DNA of 61,854 nt from an uncultured Lentisphaerales bacterium. GTDB taxonomy: Bacteria > Verrucomicrobiota > Lentisphaeria > JABSQK01. This document shows, piece by piece, positions 53,168 through 61,854 of the stretch (position 1 is its first letter; every line of letters starts with the position of its first letter). Below the pieces are notes generated by a model that saw nothing but the letters and a program-made list of their open reading frames with translations, was not told the DNA's origin and searched no databases. The DNA lies in the NCBI GenBank assembly GCA_964384625.1, contig CAYLNH010000009.1:1-61854 (forward strand), written 5' to 3'. The translations under genes and the position numbers were made by a program.

Positions 53168-54940
53168 ATGACAGCTTCAGAACTACGCCAGAAATACCTT
53201 GATTTCTTCCGTGGCAAAGGCCACGCGATCATAAAGAGCGCCCCGCTCATTCCGGAGAACGACCCCACGGTCCTCTTCACCACCGCCGGCATGCATCCGT
53301 TGGTCCCCTACCTGCTCGGGCAGTCGCACCCGGCCGGCAGCCGCCTGGCGGATGTGCAGAAGTGTATCCGCACCGGCGACATCGAAGACGTCGGTGACGA
53401 CACGCACCTGACCTTCTTTGAAATGCTCGGCAACTGGTCGCTGGGCGATTATTTCAAGCAGGAAGCGATCGAGTGGAGCTTCGAGTTCCTGACGTCTGAT
53501 GAGTGGCTTGGGCTCCCCTTGGAGCGCTTGGGGTTTTCCGTCTTCGCCGGCGACGACGATGCGCCGTTCGACCAGGAGTCCTACGACCAATGGCAGAGCC
53601 TGGGAGTCGACCCCAAACGCATTGCCCGGCTCGGCAAGAAAGACAACTGGTGGGGGCCCGCCGGCCAGACCGGTCCCTGCGGGCCGGATACGGAAATGTT
53701 CTATTGGGTCGGCGATGAGCCCGCGCCCGAAGCCTTTGATCCGGACGACAACCGTTGGGTTGAGATCTGGAATGACGTGTTCATGCAGTACAACAAAACG
53801 GCTGACGGCAGCTTTGAGCCGCTGACCCGGATGAACGTCGACACCGGCATGGGCCTGGAACGGACCGCCGCCGTGCTGCAGGGGAAACCAAGCTGCTATG
53901 ATACCGAGCTCTTCGCCCCGCTCTTCGCCCGGCTCGTCGAGATCTCAGGCTGTGAAAACCCGCGGGACACCACCAGCGGCCGCATCGTCGTGGAACACCT
54001 GCGGGCCGCTGCGTTCATCATGGCCGACGGCGTCAAGCCTGGCAATCTCGGGCAGGCCTACGTCCTGCGCCGCCTGGTTCGCCGCGCCATTCGCGAAGGC
54101 CGCAAGCTCGGCATCGATCAGGCCTTCTCCGCGGAGCTGGCGGCCGTCGTGATTGCGGAATACAAAGCGGTATACCCGGAACTCGCGGCCGCGCGCGAGA
54201 CCATCCTGGACGACCTCCGCGCCGAGGAAGAGCAATTCCAGAAAGCGATCGACAAAGGCGAAAAGGAACTGCTGAAGATCATCAACAGCCTGCCCGACCA
54301 CGTCAAGCGCAAGGTGATCAGCGGCCGCAAGGCCTTCCACGTCTACGAAACCTACGGGTTCCCGCTGGAGTTGACCCAGGAAGTCGCCGCGGAACACGGT
54401 TTTGAAGTGGATGTCGCCGGCTATGAGAAAGCGCTGAAGAAGCACCAGGAGAAATCCCGGCAGTCGGCCGGGACGTTCAAGGGCGGCCTCCAGGATCATG
54501 GTGAGGCCACCACCCGCCTGCATTCCGCCACCCACCTGCTGCACCAGGCGCTCAAGCAGGTCCTTGGCGATCACGTCCAGCAGAAGGGCTCGAACATTAC
54601 CGCCGACCGCCTGCGGTTTGATTTCTCGCATCCGGAAAAGATGACCAGCGAAGAACTCGCTGAAGTCGAGCGCATTGTGAACGAAAAGATCCAGGCGTCT
54701 CTGCCGGTGACCGTCGAAGAGATGTCGCCCGAAGACGCCCGCGATCAAGGCGCTCTCGGCTACTTCGCCGACCGCTACGGCGACGTCGTCAAGGTCTATG
54801 CCATGGGCGATTTCTCCAAAGAAATTTGTGGCGGCCCGCATGTGGACAACACCAGAGAGCTTGGTACGTTCAAGATCAAGAAGGAGCAGAGCTCCAGCCG
54901 CGGTGTGCGCCGGATCAAGGCAGTTCTGACCGACGCATAA
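53168..54940 (+). CDS. alaS: Alanine--tRNA ligase, short form (about 590 aa) lacking the C-terminal C-Ala/DHHA1 domain
   Basis: Class-II catalytic core (LFTTAGMHP ... FEMLGNWSLGDYFK ... NWWGPAGQTGPCGPDTEMF ... GMGLERTAAVLQG), a tRNA-recognition helical domain, and editing-domain zinc motifs (HSATHLLHQAL ... ICGGPHV). The ORF stops about 285 aa short of canonical AlaS. The long track ORF upstream of the MTASELRQ Met was rejected. Confidence 0.85.
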   Translation: MTASELRQKYLDFFRGKGHAIIKSAPLIPENDPTVLFTTAGMHPLVPYLLGQSHPAGSRLADVQKCIRTGDIEDVGDDTHLTFFEMLGNWSLGDYFKQEAIEWSFEFLTSDEWLGLPLERLGFSVFAGDDDAPFDQESYDQWQSLGVDPKRIARLGKKDNWWGPAGQTGPCGPDTEMFYWVGDEPAPEAFDPDDNRWVEIWNDVFMQYNKTADGSFEPLTRMNVDTGMGLERTAAVLQGKPSCYDTELFAPLFARLVEISGCENPRDTTSGRIVVEHLRAAAFIMADGVKPGNLGQAYVLRRLVRRAIREGRKLGIDQAFSAELAAVVIAEYKAVYPELAAARETILDDLRAEEEQFQKAIDKGEKELLKIINSLPDHVKRKVISGRKAFHVYETYGFPLELTQEVAAEHGFEVDVAGYEKALKKHQEKSRQSAGTFKGGLQDHGEATTRLHSATHLLHQALKQVLGDHVQQKGSNITADRLRFDFSHPEKMTSEELAEVERIVNEKIQASLPVTVEEMSPEDARDQGALGYFADRYGDVVKVYAMGDFSKEICGGPHVDNTRELGTFKIKKEQSSSRGVRRIKAVLTDA

Positions 54941-55101
54941 TCGCTGATCGACAGCATCGTCCGCGGGACGGATTCCGCTTGGTAATGCGGCGGGCCATTC
55001 GTACAGGTTTATTTGCAGACAATCGCCGCCGCGTTAGAGTTTAAGCGGTCTCAGGCATTCACCGGAGACAACTCGTAAGCAAACGAAAGAAAGGGCACAC
55101 T

Positions 55102-55245
55102 ATGGCACAAGGCAAAGAAGTATTTCTCGGGCTCAACCAAAACGGTCTCATCGTGTTCATCATCCTGGTTCTGGTCTGTGTACCGCTGTGCTGGATCCCC
55201 TGGGTCGTTGAGAGCATGAAGGCAGATCCGTCGGCTGAAGGTTGA
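55102..55245 (+). CDS. Small hydrophobic protein (47 aa, single TM), below the ORF-track threshold
   Basis: MAQGKEVFLGLNQNGLIVFIILVLVCVPLCWIPWVVESMKADPSAEG, preceded by a GAAAGAAAGGG purine-rich RBS. Directly abuts the next membrane-protein gene. Confidence 0.4.
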   Translation: MAQGKEVFLGLNQNGLIVFIILVLVCVPLCWIPWVVESMKADPSAEG

Positions 55246-55643
55246 GCCGGACGCATTCCCAGCTTCCTCCGGCACGGCGCACAAGAGTTATCGGTCACGG
55301 TGTTGGTCTGGGGTGTCTGTTCTTCTATCTGGCCTGGAATGCCCTGTGGCTGGTGCATCGGCAGATCCCGCCGAGCATCGCGCTGAGCGTATTCGGCATC
55401 CCTTGCCCGACCACCGGCGTCACCCGCAGTCTGGCAGCACTGTCCCACGGTGATATCTGGGGTTCGCTCTGTTGGAATCCGCTTGCTGTGCCGTTGACGT
55501 TTCTATTTGTGTCGTCCGTCGCCCTGGCTGTTCGCGGCCTGATCCGGCGGCGCAATTTGCCGCGGCTCGTTGTGCTGACCTGGGCCGTGTTGTTGCCGTT
55601 GGCCTGGGCGATCAAGCTAATTCAGGGCCCGGCATGGTGGTAA
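55242..55643 (+). CDS. DUF2752-family membrane protein; start uncertain (TTG as drawn)
   Basis: The CPTTGVTRS motif matches the DUF2752 C-P-x-C-G-x-T-R signature (here a Cys-Pro-Thr-Thr variant), flanked by TM helices FFYLAWNALWLV and VVLTWAVLLPLAWAI. Confidence 0.5.
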   Translation: MSRTHSQLPPARRTRVIGHGVGLGCLFFYLAWNALWLVHRQIPPSIALSVFGIPCPTTGVTRSLAALSHGDIWGSLCWNPLAVPLTFLFVSSVALAVRGLIRRRNLPRLVVLTWAVLLPLAWAIKLIQGPAWW

Positions 55644-55677
55644 GACCCATGGCGGCCGTGAGTCAGAAGGTGTTCCC

Positions 55678-55923
55678 ATGAGCAGTCAGATTCCCGGCGC
55701 CGAGAAGAAGCTGGTTGCCGGCATCTTTGCCCTGGTGCTTGGCGGCTTCGGGGTCCACAAGTTCTATCTGGGTTACGTCACCGAAGGCGTCCTCCAGCTG
55801 CTGTTGTCGTTCCTTTGTGGTATCGGCGGCATCATCGCGTTTGTCGAAGGCATCATCTACCTGACCAAGAGCGATGAAGACTTCGTCGCTACCTATGTGA
55901 CCGGCAGACGCGGCTGGTTCTGA
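55678..55923 (+). CDS. TM2-domain (NINE family) membrane protein, paralogue 1
   Basis: KKLVAGIFALVLGGFGVHKFYLGYVTEGVLQLL ... GIIYLTKSDEDF is the TM2 signature (G-x-x-G-x-H-K/R-F-Y-L-G). Confidence 0.75.
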   Translation: MSSQIPGAEKKLVAGIFALVLGGFGVHKFYLGYVTEGVLQLLLSFLCGIGGIIAFVEGIIYLTKSDEDFVATYVTGRRGWF

Positions 55924-56001
55924 CAGAAGGCTGCCGCCGGCGACGTCCGTATCTGTGGGTAGAATCCATACTGAACCACAGAGTCAGACGGAGGAGATGA
56001 G

Positions 56002-56298
56002 ATGTCTGAGATTCCCGCGAAAGAACGAAAACTGGTGGCCGGCCTGCTCGGCATCATGCTGGGGACGTTCGGCGCCCATAAGTTCTACCTGGGCTACACG
56101 TCCGAAGGGGTTATCCTGTTGTCCATTTCGCTGGGGTCTTTTGTCGTCGTGATGCTTTCCTGCGGTATCCTGTTTCCCCTGATTATCGGCATGGTTGCGG
56201 CTCAAATCATCGGCATCGTTGAAGGCGTCATCTATCTCAGCAAGCCGGACGATGAATTCCAGGCAACGTACAGAACCAACAAGAAGCCCTGGTTCTAG
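56002..56298 (+). CDS. TM2-domain membrane protein, paralogue 2
   Basis: RKLVAGLLGIMLGTFGAHKFYLGYTSEGVILL ... GVIYLSKPDDEF. About 55% identical to paralogue 1 over the TM2 core. GAGGAG RBS. Its stop TAG abuts the ATG of the ABC ATPase. Confidence 0.75.
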   Translation: MSEIPAKERKLVAGLLGIMLGTFGAHKFYLGYTSEGVILLSISLGSFVVVMLSCGILFPLIIGMVAAQIIGIVEGVIYLSKPDDEFQATYRTNKKPWF

Positions 56299-57276
56299 AT
56301 GTGCGACGCCGCGCCGCCACTACTCGAGGTTCGGGATCTCAGTGTCCGTTTCCGGACGAAGCAGGGGGACCTGGCTGCAGTTGATGGCGTCAGCTACGCG
56401 ATCGATCCGGGGCGGACCTTGGGGATCGTCGGCGAAAGCGGCTGCGGCAAGACGGTAACCGCGCTGGCGGTGATGGGGTTGATCGAGGCCCCCGGCCGCA
56501 TTGCGGGCGGGCAGGTTCGGCTTCGCGGCAAAGACCTTGTGACGTTGTCCGAGCGGCAGATGCAGGATATTCGGGGCAATCGCATCGCCATGATCTTCCA
56601 GGAGCCGATGACCGCCTTCAACCCGGTCTTCCGCATCGGCGACCAGATCGACGAACAGATCCGGCGCCACACCGGCAGCTCGCGCGAGAACGCGCGTCGA
56701 CGTACTCTGGAGATGTTGGACCTGGTCGGCATCCCGGCGTCCGGCGATCTCTGCCGCCGGTATCCGCATGAGCTCTCCGGCGGCATGCGTCAACGCGCCA
56801 TGATTGCGATGGCATTGTCCTGCAAACCGGATCTGTTGATCGCGGATGAACCCACCACCGCGGTGGACGTCACGCTGCAGGAGCAGATCCTGGCGTTGCT
56901 GGAACGGCTGCAGGAGGAGTTGGATATGGCGATTCAGTTTATCACTCACGATCTCGGGGTGATCAGTGAGATTGCCGACGATGTCCTGGTCATGTATGCC
57001 GGCAAGGTTTGCGAACGCGCTTCCGTTCGGGAGCTCTTTGACCAGCCGCGGCACCCCTACACCGTCGGTTTGCTGCAGTCGATTCCGCGCCTGGGCGAGC
57101 GGTGTGCCCGGCTTTCGTCAATCCCCGGGACGGTGCCGGCCCTGGCGGAGTTGCCGCCGGGGTGTCCATTCCAGAACCGCTGCCCCAACGTCGGCGATGA
57201 TTGCCGCCACGCGATGCCGGCCTTCCGCGAGATCAGTCCCGGCCACGGCCTTGCCTGCCACCATCCGGTCGCGTAA
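56299..57276 (+). CDS. ABC transporter ATP-binding protein (oligopeptide/dipeptide DppD/OppD type) with no adjacent permease or binding-protein genes
   Basis: Walker A GESGCGKT, signature LSGGMRQR, Walker [14 protein letters not shown]-loop ITHDLG, and the OppD/DppD-type C-terminal Cys-rich extension ([21 protein letters not shown]). Confidence 0.85.
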   Translation: MCDAAPPLLEVRDLSVRFRTKQGDLAAVDGVSYAIDPGRTLGIVGESGCGKTVTALAVMGLIEAPGRIAGGQVRLRGKDLVTLSERQMQDIRGNRIAMIFQEPMTAFNPVFRIGDQIDEQIRRHTGSSRENARRRTLEMLDLVGIPASGDLCRRYPHELSGGMRQRAMIAMALSCKPDLLIADEPTTAVDVTLQEQILALLERLQEELDMAIQFITHDLGVISEIADDVLVMYAGKVCERASVRELFDQPRHPYTVGLLQSIPRLGERCARLSSIPGTVPALAELPPGCPFQNRCPNVGDDCRHAMPAFREISPGHGLACHHPVA

Positions 57277-57426
57277 GAATCCCCCGCAGCCTGTGCTTCT
57301 GAGGGCCCCGCAAGCAAGCGCAGGAAAGGATAAATTGCCGCATCCCTCATTTGCATCGGCGTCCCTCGTGATAGCTTACCTGCTCATGCAACGCCGGCAG
57401 TCACGCCAACTGGATTGGAGTTTACC

Positions 57427-59304
57427 ATGTCTATCGCCTTGATTCCTGAACCGAAGAAATGCAGGACCACCAAAGGAACGTTCACCTTGCCAAGGGCCGC
57501 TGCGATCGGCATTTGTTGTGAGCAACTCTACGCCGCCGCTCGCGTCCTGCAGGAGGTCCTGCCGCGGAGCACCGTGAATATCTCCGTGCCCGCCGTTGCG
57601 GATACTGTGGCGTTGTCGGTCAACGATAAACTCAAGCCCGGCGGCTATCGGCTGAAGATCCGGGCCCGGGGCATTACCCTCGAAGGCCGGTGCCCGGCCG
57701 CTGTGGCCGGCGGCGTTCAAACCCTGCGGCAGCTCCTCGAACAGGCCCCGGCCGGCGACCTGCCGCGGCTGACCATCGATGACTGGCCGGACTTCCAGGA
57801 CCGCGGCGTCTACTACGACGTGTGCCGCGGCCGCGTGCCGAAACTGGAACGGCTGATGGAACTGGCGGATCAGCTGGCTCGATACAAAATCAACCAGCTC
57901 CAGTTGTACATCGAGCATACGTTCGCCTTCCGGGCGCACCCGAAGATCGGTACAGGCGCATCGCCTCTGAGCGCGGAAGACATCCTGCAGCTCGACGAGT
58001 ATTGCGCCGCCCGCGGCATCGAGCTGCTGCCGTCGCTGGCCAGCTTCGGCCACCTGGCGACGGTTTTGAAACACCCGGAATACCGGCACCTGGCCGAGGA
58101 CTGGGGGATCGGCAAGTTCGTCGCGCCGGAGGATGAACTGCCGGCGTGGTTCAGCCAGAAGGCCTGGACGTTGTCGCCGGCCGTGCCCGAGGTCTATGAC
58201 TTCCTCGACAGTCTGTTTGCGGAGTTCCTGCCGCTCTTCCGTTCGACCCGGTTCAACATCTGCTGCGATGAAACCTGGGACCTCGGCCTCGGCCAGAGCT
58301 ACGAGCTGTGCAGGAAGAAGGGCAAAGGCGTTGTCTACCTCGACCACATCAAGAAGGTCCGCAAGCTCTGTCTGAAGTACGGCAAGAAGACCTTGTTCTG
58401 GGGCGATATCATCCGGCACTATCCGGAGCTGATCAAGGACATCCCGAAAGACGTCACGGTGTTGGACTGGGGCTACAGCCACAACCATCCGTTCGATCGC
58501 ATCAAGGATTTTAAACAGGTGGGCCTGCCGTTCTACGCCTGCTCCGGCACCTCATCCTGGGTCGCGCTGTTTCCGCGTCTGCCCGAGGCCATGGCCAATA
58601 TCCACGGGTTCGCCGCGGCCGGCGCCAGACACGGCGCGCAAGGTCTGCTGAATACCGACTGGGGCGACGGCGGCCACTACAACTTTATGGAGTACTCCTG
58701 GCACGGCTACCTCTTTGGCGCGGAACAGGCCTGGAACGTCAATGCCGATGCGAAGACCTTTCACGAACGCTTCGCCAGGATCTTCCTGAAGACAACCGAC
58801 AAGGCCATGGTCGAAGCCATCACGCTGCTGGGGGACGTCGCTCATCTCGGCGGGCCCTGCTATCAGAGCGTCTGGCAGACCATCCTGTTTGCCGAACCGG
58901 AAAACGCGATCTTTCACTACGACAAGCCGATCGACTTGTCGATTGCGAAGAACGGCAAGATCACCATCAGGAAAGGCCGGCTCGACGCCAGCCGCGGCAG
59001 GACCGGTCTGCAGTCCATTTTGAAAGCAAAAAAGCTGCTGGCAGCCCAGGCGAAGAAGAAAGGCGTCGACCCCTTGAAGATCCTGCCGTACTGGATCTTT
59101 GCCGCCGACACAATCGCCTGCGCCGCCCGCAAACTCTCGGTTCTGGGGCCCGGCGGCAAGGATACGCCGGCGGCCCGCAGAGCCTTGAAGAAGGAGCTGC
59201 GATCTCTGATGCGTCGTTTCGAAAAGCTCTGGCTCGCCCGGAACCGCCGCAGCGAAATCCGCATCACCCTCAAGCGCTACAAGAACGCGATCGCGTCCTT
59301 GTAA
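57427..59304 (+). CDS. Family-20 glycoside hydrolase (beta-N-acetylhexosaminidase-like)
   Basis: The N-terminal GH20b-like domain has the GYRLKIRARGITLEG pattern. The TIM-barrel catalytic domain has IDDWPDFQDRGVYYD ... NICCDETWDLG (the catalytic D-E pair context) ... WGDII. Confidence 0.65.
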   Translation: MSIALIPEPKKCRTTKGTFTLPRAAAIGICCEQLYAAARVLQEVLPRSTVNISVPAVADTVALSVNDKLKPGGYRLKIRARGITLEGRCPAAVAGGVQTLRQLLEQAPAGDLPRLTIDDWPDFQDRGVYYDVCRGRVPKLERLMELADQLARYKINQLQLYIEHTFAFRAHPKIGTGASPLSAEDILQLDEYCAARGIELLPSLASFGHLATVLKHPEYRHLAEDWGIGKFVAPEDELPAWFSQKAWTLSPAVPEVYDFLDSLFAEFLPLFRSTRFNICCDETWDLGLGQSYELCRKKGKGVVYLDHIKKVRKLCLKYGKKTLFWGDIIRHYPELIKDIPKDVTVLDWGYSHNHPFDRIKDFKQVGLPFYACSGTSSWVALFPRLPEAMANIHGFAAAGARHGAQGLLNTDWGDGGHYNFMEYSWHGYLFGAEQAWNVNADAKTFHERFARIFLKTTDKAMVEAITLLGDVAHLGGPCYQSVWQTILFAEPENAIFHYDKPIDLSIAKNGKITIRKGRLDASRGRTGLQSILKAKKLLAAQAKKKGVDPLKILPYWIFAADTIACAARKLSVLGPGGKDTPAARRALKKELRSLMRRFEKLWLARNRRSEIRITLKRYKNAIASL

Positions 59305-59424
59305 TCCGGCAAGGCAGAGACCAGCCTGCCCCGGCCGCCGCCCCGACATCTCGGCAGCCGTGTGCCCGCGCATCCGGTTGCTGTTTCGCGTCGTCACTGA
59401 CGCGACCCCGCCGTCGCACCCCGG

Positions 59425-60270
59425 TCAACGGTCCCGTGTCCGCGCTTTGCGGTAGGCCGAAGGACTGACCTCCATGTGCTTCTTGAAACAGCGCGAGAAA
59501 TAGAACACATCCCGGAAGCCGCTCTCGAGCGCTACTTCCGTAATGTTCAGATTCACGTTGTCCAGCAGTTCCGCCGCATACTCCAGGCGCAGGTGCAGGG
59601 CGTAATCGATCGGCGACAGCTCGAAGTACTGACGGAAGCCGCGGCACAGCTGTGAACGCGACAGGTGGATCTCGGCGGCGATGCGGTCCAGTGTCAGTCC
59701 CTCCAGAAAGTTCTCTTCGATGAAATTGCGGGCCCGCAGGAAGCGGTCGGGAATCGGCGGACCGCTGGTCGGCAAGGCTTCCCGGCGCACATGGCGCAGC
59801 CAGAGACGAAAGAGATCCTCGATATTCGCGGCCTCCGGGCCGCGCGGGTGGTTCATCTCCCGGTGCAGCGCCCGCAGGTAGTGCTCGTGCAATGCCGGCG
59901 ACGGAACCGGCAGCGGCCGGGCCGCCGGCACGCCGCAGTCCCGCAGGATGTCCGCGACCGCCCAACCGCGGCAGCGCAGCCACGACCGACGCCAGTAACC
60001 ATGCTCCTTCCCGTGGCGTACCGGCATGTCCGGCGGCACGATGAACAACGCCTGCGCCGGCAGCCGGATCACGTCTCCGGCCGTCGGGACCAGAACCGGT
60101 TCGTGGGCAAAGTAAATGAAGTAATCCGTCCGCTGCGGCGGCGCCTCCACCATGCCGGCGAAGCGACCGTACAACCCGATCACTTTCGGCCGCAGCCGCG
60201 CCCAGCCGGTATTTTCGGTGCCCGGCCGGTAGATCGCCTTAAACGCCCGGCGTGTTGTCGTCTCGATCAT
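59425..60270 (-). CDS. AraC-family transcriptional regulator, divergent from a sulfatase gene
   Basis: C-terminal HTH LTLDRIAAEIHLSRSQLCRGFRQYFELSPIDYALHLRLEYAAELLDNVNLNITEVALESGFRDVFYFSRCFKKHMEVSPSAY. Start taken at MIETTTRR. Confidence 0.75.
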   Translation of the reverse strand: MIETTTRRAFKAIYRPGTENTGWARLRPKVIGLYGRFAGMVEAPPQRTDYFIYFAHEPVLVPTAGDVIRLPAQALFIVPPDMPVRHGKEHGYWRRSWLRCRGWAVADILRDCGVPAARPLPVPSPALHEHYLRALHREMNHPRGPEAANIEDLFRLWLRHVRREALPTSGPPIPDRFLRARNFIEENFLEGLTLDRIAAEIHLSRSQLCRGFRQYFELSPIDYALHLRLEYAAELLDNVNLNITEVALESGFRDVFYFSRCFKKHMEVSPSAYRKARTRDR

Positions 60271-60440
60271 GCGGTTCTCCTGATATGCGATGATAGTGCA
60301 AAAACTTGGTACGCCTGTCCATTCCCAGGGGCTGTGTTTCATCCTACATTAAAGGCCAAATACGCAGAAGTATATCCCGATGAGAAGATTCGGCCGGGAT
60401 GCCGAACGCGCAGAAAAGCTATTTACCCAGGAGCCAGAGC

Positions 60441-61772
60441 ATGAGTGTGAAGCAACCGAATATCCTGATTCTGATCACGGACCAGCAACCGGCGTCCGCC
60501 ATGAGTTGCACGGGCAACAGCCACCTCAAGACGCCGGCCATGGACTCGCTGGCGGCGGCGGGCACCCGGTTTGAGCGGGCCTACTGCACCAATCCTGTCT
60601 GTCTGCCGTCGCGCTTCAGCCTGATGACCGGCCGGTTCCCGAGTGAACTGACCATCCGCCACAATGACCTGACCGGGACCCTGCCGGTGACCGGGCAGAT
60701 GCGCGACACGTCGCTTGGCCCCATGCTCCGGCAGGCCGGTTACGAAACGGTCTACGGCGGCAAGACGCATGTCCCGGCCGGGATCCAGCCGCGGAAGGCG
60801 GGCTTCCGGATGCTGACCAACAACAGCCGGGAAGAACTGGCGACGGTCTCGGCGGACTGGATCCGGAAGGAGCACGACCGGCCGTGGTGTATGGTTGCCT
60901 CGTTTGTCAATCCGCACGACATCTGTTACCTGGCGATCCGCGATTCCTGCGGCCGCGAGGACGAACGCCGCCTGGTGGACAACGGCAAGACCGAACTGGC
61001 GTGTCTGGACGAAGCGCTGACGCCGCCGGCCGGCGTCAGCGACGAGGAGTTCCTGCGGGATCATTGCCCGCCGCTGCCGGCGAACTATGAGCCGCAACTG
61101 GATGAACCCGAGGCGATTGACTGGCTCGTCCATGAGCGCCCGTTCAAACAGTACGCCCGCGAGCGCTGGACCGACAACGACTGGCGGCGACATCGCTATG
61201 CCCTGTACCGCCTGACCGAGCGCGTCGACGGCCATCTGCAGGAGGTCCTGACGGCGCTGCGGGAGAGCGGGCAGGGGGAGGAAACGGTCGTGATCTTCAC
61301 CAGTGATCACGGGGATATGGCCGGTTCACATCGGATGGAGCACAAGACCGCTCTCTACGAAGAAGCGGCCCGCGTCCCGCTGATCATCTCACAGCCCGGC
61401 ACCACGGCTGCGGGCGCGGTTGAAACGCGGTTGGCGTCGAACGGCCTGGATCTCCTGCCGACGGTTTGTGACTACGCCGGCATCGAGTCGCCCAGGGACC
61501 TCCTTGGCGTCAGTCTGCGGCCGCTGGCTGAAGGTGAGCCGGTAGACTCGTGGCGGGATCACGTGGCAATCGAATCGCAGATCGGTCGCGGCGTAATCAT
61601 GGATGACGCCAAATATGTGCGATACGACTTCGGCCGGGCGGCGGAACAGCTTTACCATCGCGACACGAATCCGGATGAAATGCGCAACAGCCGCCACGAT
61701 CCGGGTCTGGAACCATGTCTCGCGCGCTGCCGCGAGCGCTTTGAACAGCATTTCGAACCGGTTTGTGTCTAG
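60441..61772 (+). CDS. Cys-type sulfatase (arylsulfatase family)
   Basis: MSVKQPNILILITDQQ ... CTNPVCLPSRFSLMTGR (C-x-P-x-R) ... GGKTH ... IFTSDHGD, an alkaline-phosphatase-superfamily sulfatase. Confidence 0.8.
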   Translation: MSVKQPNILILITDQQPASAMSCTGNSHLKTPAMDSLAAAGTRFERAYCTNPVCLPSRFSLMTGRFPSELTIRHNDLTGTLPVTGQMRDTSLGPMLRQAGYETVYGGKTHVPAGIQPRKAGFRMLTNNSREELATVSADWIRKEHDRPWCMVASFVNPHDICYLAIRDSCGREDERRLVDNGKTELACLDEALTPPAGVSDEEFLRDHCPPLPANYEPQLDEPEAIDWLVHERPFKQYARERWTDNDWRRHRYALYRLTERVDGHLQEVLTALRESGQGEETVVIFTSDHGDMAGSHRMEHKTALYEEAARVPLIISQPGTTAAGAVETRLASNGLDLLPTVCDYAGIESPRDLLGVSLRPLAEGEPVDSWRDHVAIESQIGRGVIMDDAKYVRYDFGRAAEQLYHRDTNPDEMRNSRHDPGLEPCLARCRERFEQHFEPVCV

Positions 61773-61854
61773 ATGGGCTCGGCGTACGTTTTCCAGCCCG
61801 GGACGGCGGCCAGGCGCCGGTCCGGCCAGACGATGCCGAATAAGCGATGCGAGC

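Noticed and set aside
1-61854. CRISPR arrays, rRNA operons, transposases, integrases or prophage genes
   Set aside because: No regularly spaced direct repeats with unique spacers, no rRNA-like stretches and no recombinase, transposase or phage structural gene signatures were found on either strand. The small repeats present are hairpin or REP-like, not CRISPR.

Overview
This is a high-GC (about 65%) bacterial chromosomal window with dense coding on both strands. I support about 46 protein genes, one anomalous tRNA-like gene, two long perfect palindromes and several small dispersed repeat families.

**Housekeeping genes recognised from clear motifs**
- proA, tsaD, hemE
- a C-terminal processing protease
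- a fused glyQS
- a short alaS
- a SpoU/TrmH methylase

**Accessory or envelope content**
- An ECF sigma factor fused to an FHA domain, sitting inside a cluster of secreted LPP20/FlgP-like and CsgG-like proteins.
- A dynamin-like GTPase paired with a 4-TM protein.
- Two zinc-ribbon membrane proteins followed by a rhomboid protease.
- A GH116 glucosylceramidase with a LacI regulator.
- An operon led by a 2-acyl-GPE acyltransferase/acyl-ACP synthetase (E. coli Aas)-like acyltransferase-ACP-adenylation fusion, followed by a nucleoside-phosphorylase-family gene and a spore-photoproduct-lyase (SPL)-type radical SAM gene.
- An SGNH (9-O-acetylesterase-like) esterase.
- Two Cys-type sulfatases, one of them divergent from a compact radical SAM/SPASM enzyme.
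- An OleC/OleD-like pair next to an enolase-superfamily enzyme and an ankyrin protein.
- A beta-propeller phytase and a GH20 hexosaminidase.
- Tandem TM2-domain proteins coupled to an orphan ABC ATPase.

The sulfatase, radical SAM maturase, GH116 and ECF-FHA content suggests a Planctomycetes-Verrucomicrobia-type organism; this is inference only. Many long antisense ORFs in the six-frame track are artefacts of high GC and were rejected. No CRISPR array, rRNA, or transposase/integrase was seen.

The most interesting candidates are the Aas-like/phosphorylase/radical-SAM operon, the dynamin-plus-membrane-protein pair, the zinc-ribbon/rhomboid module, the ECF-FHA envelope cluster and the repeat families.
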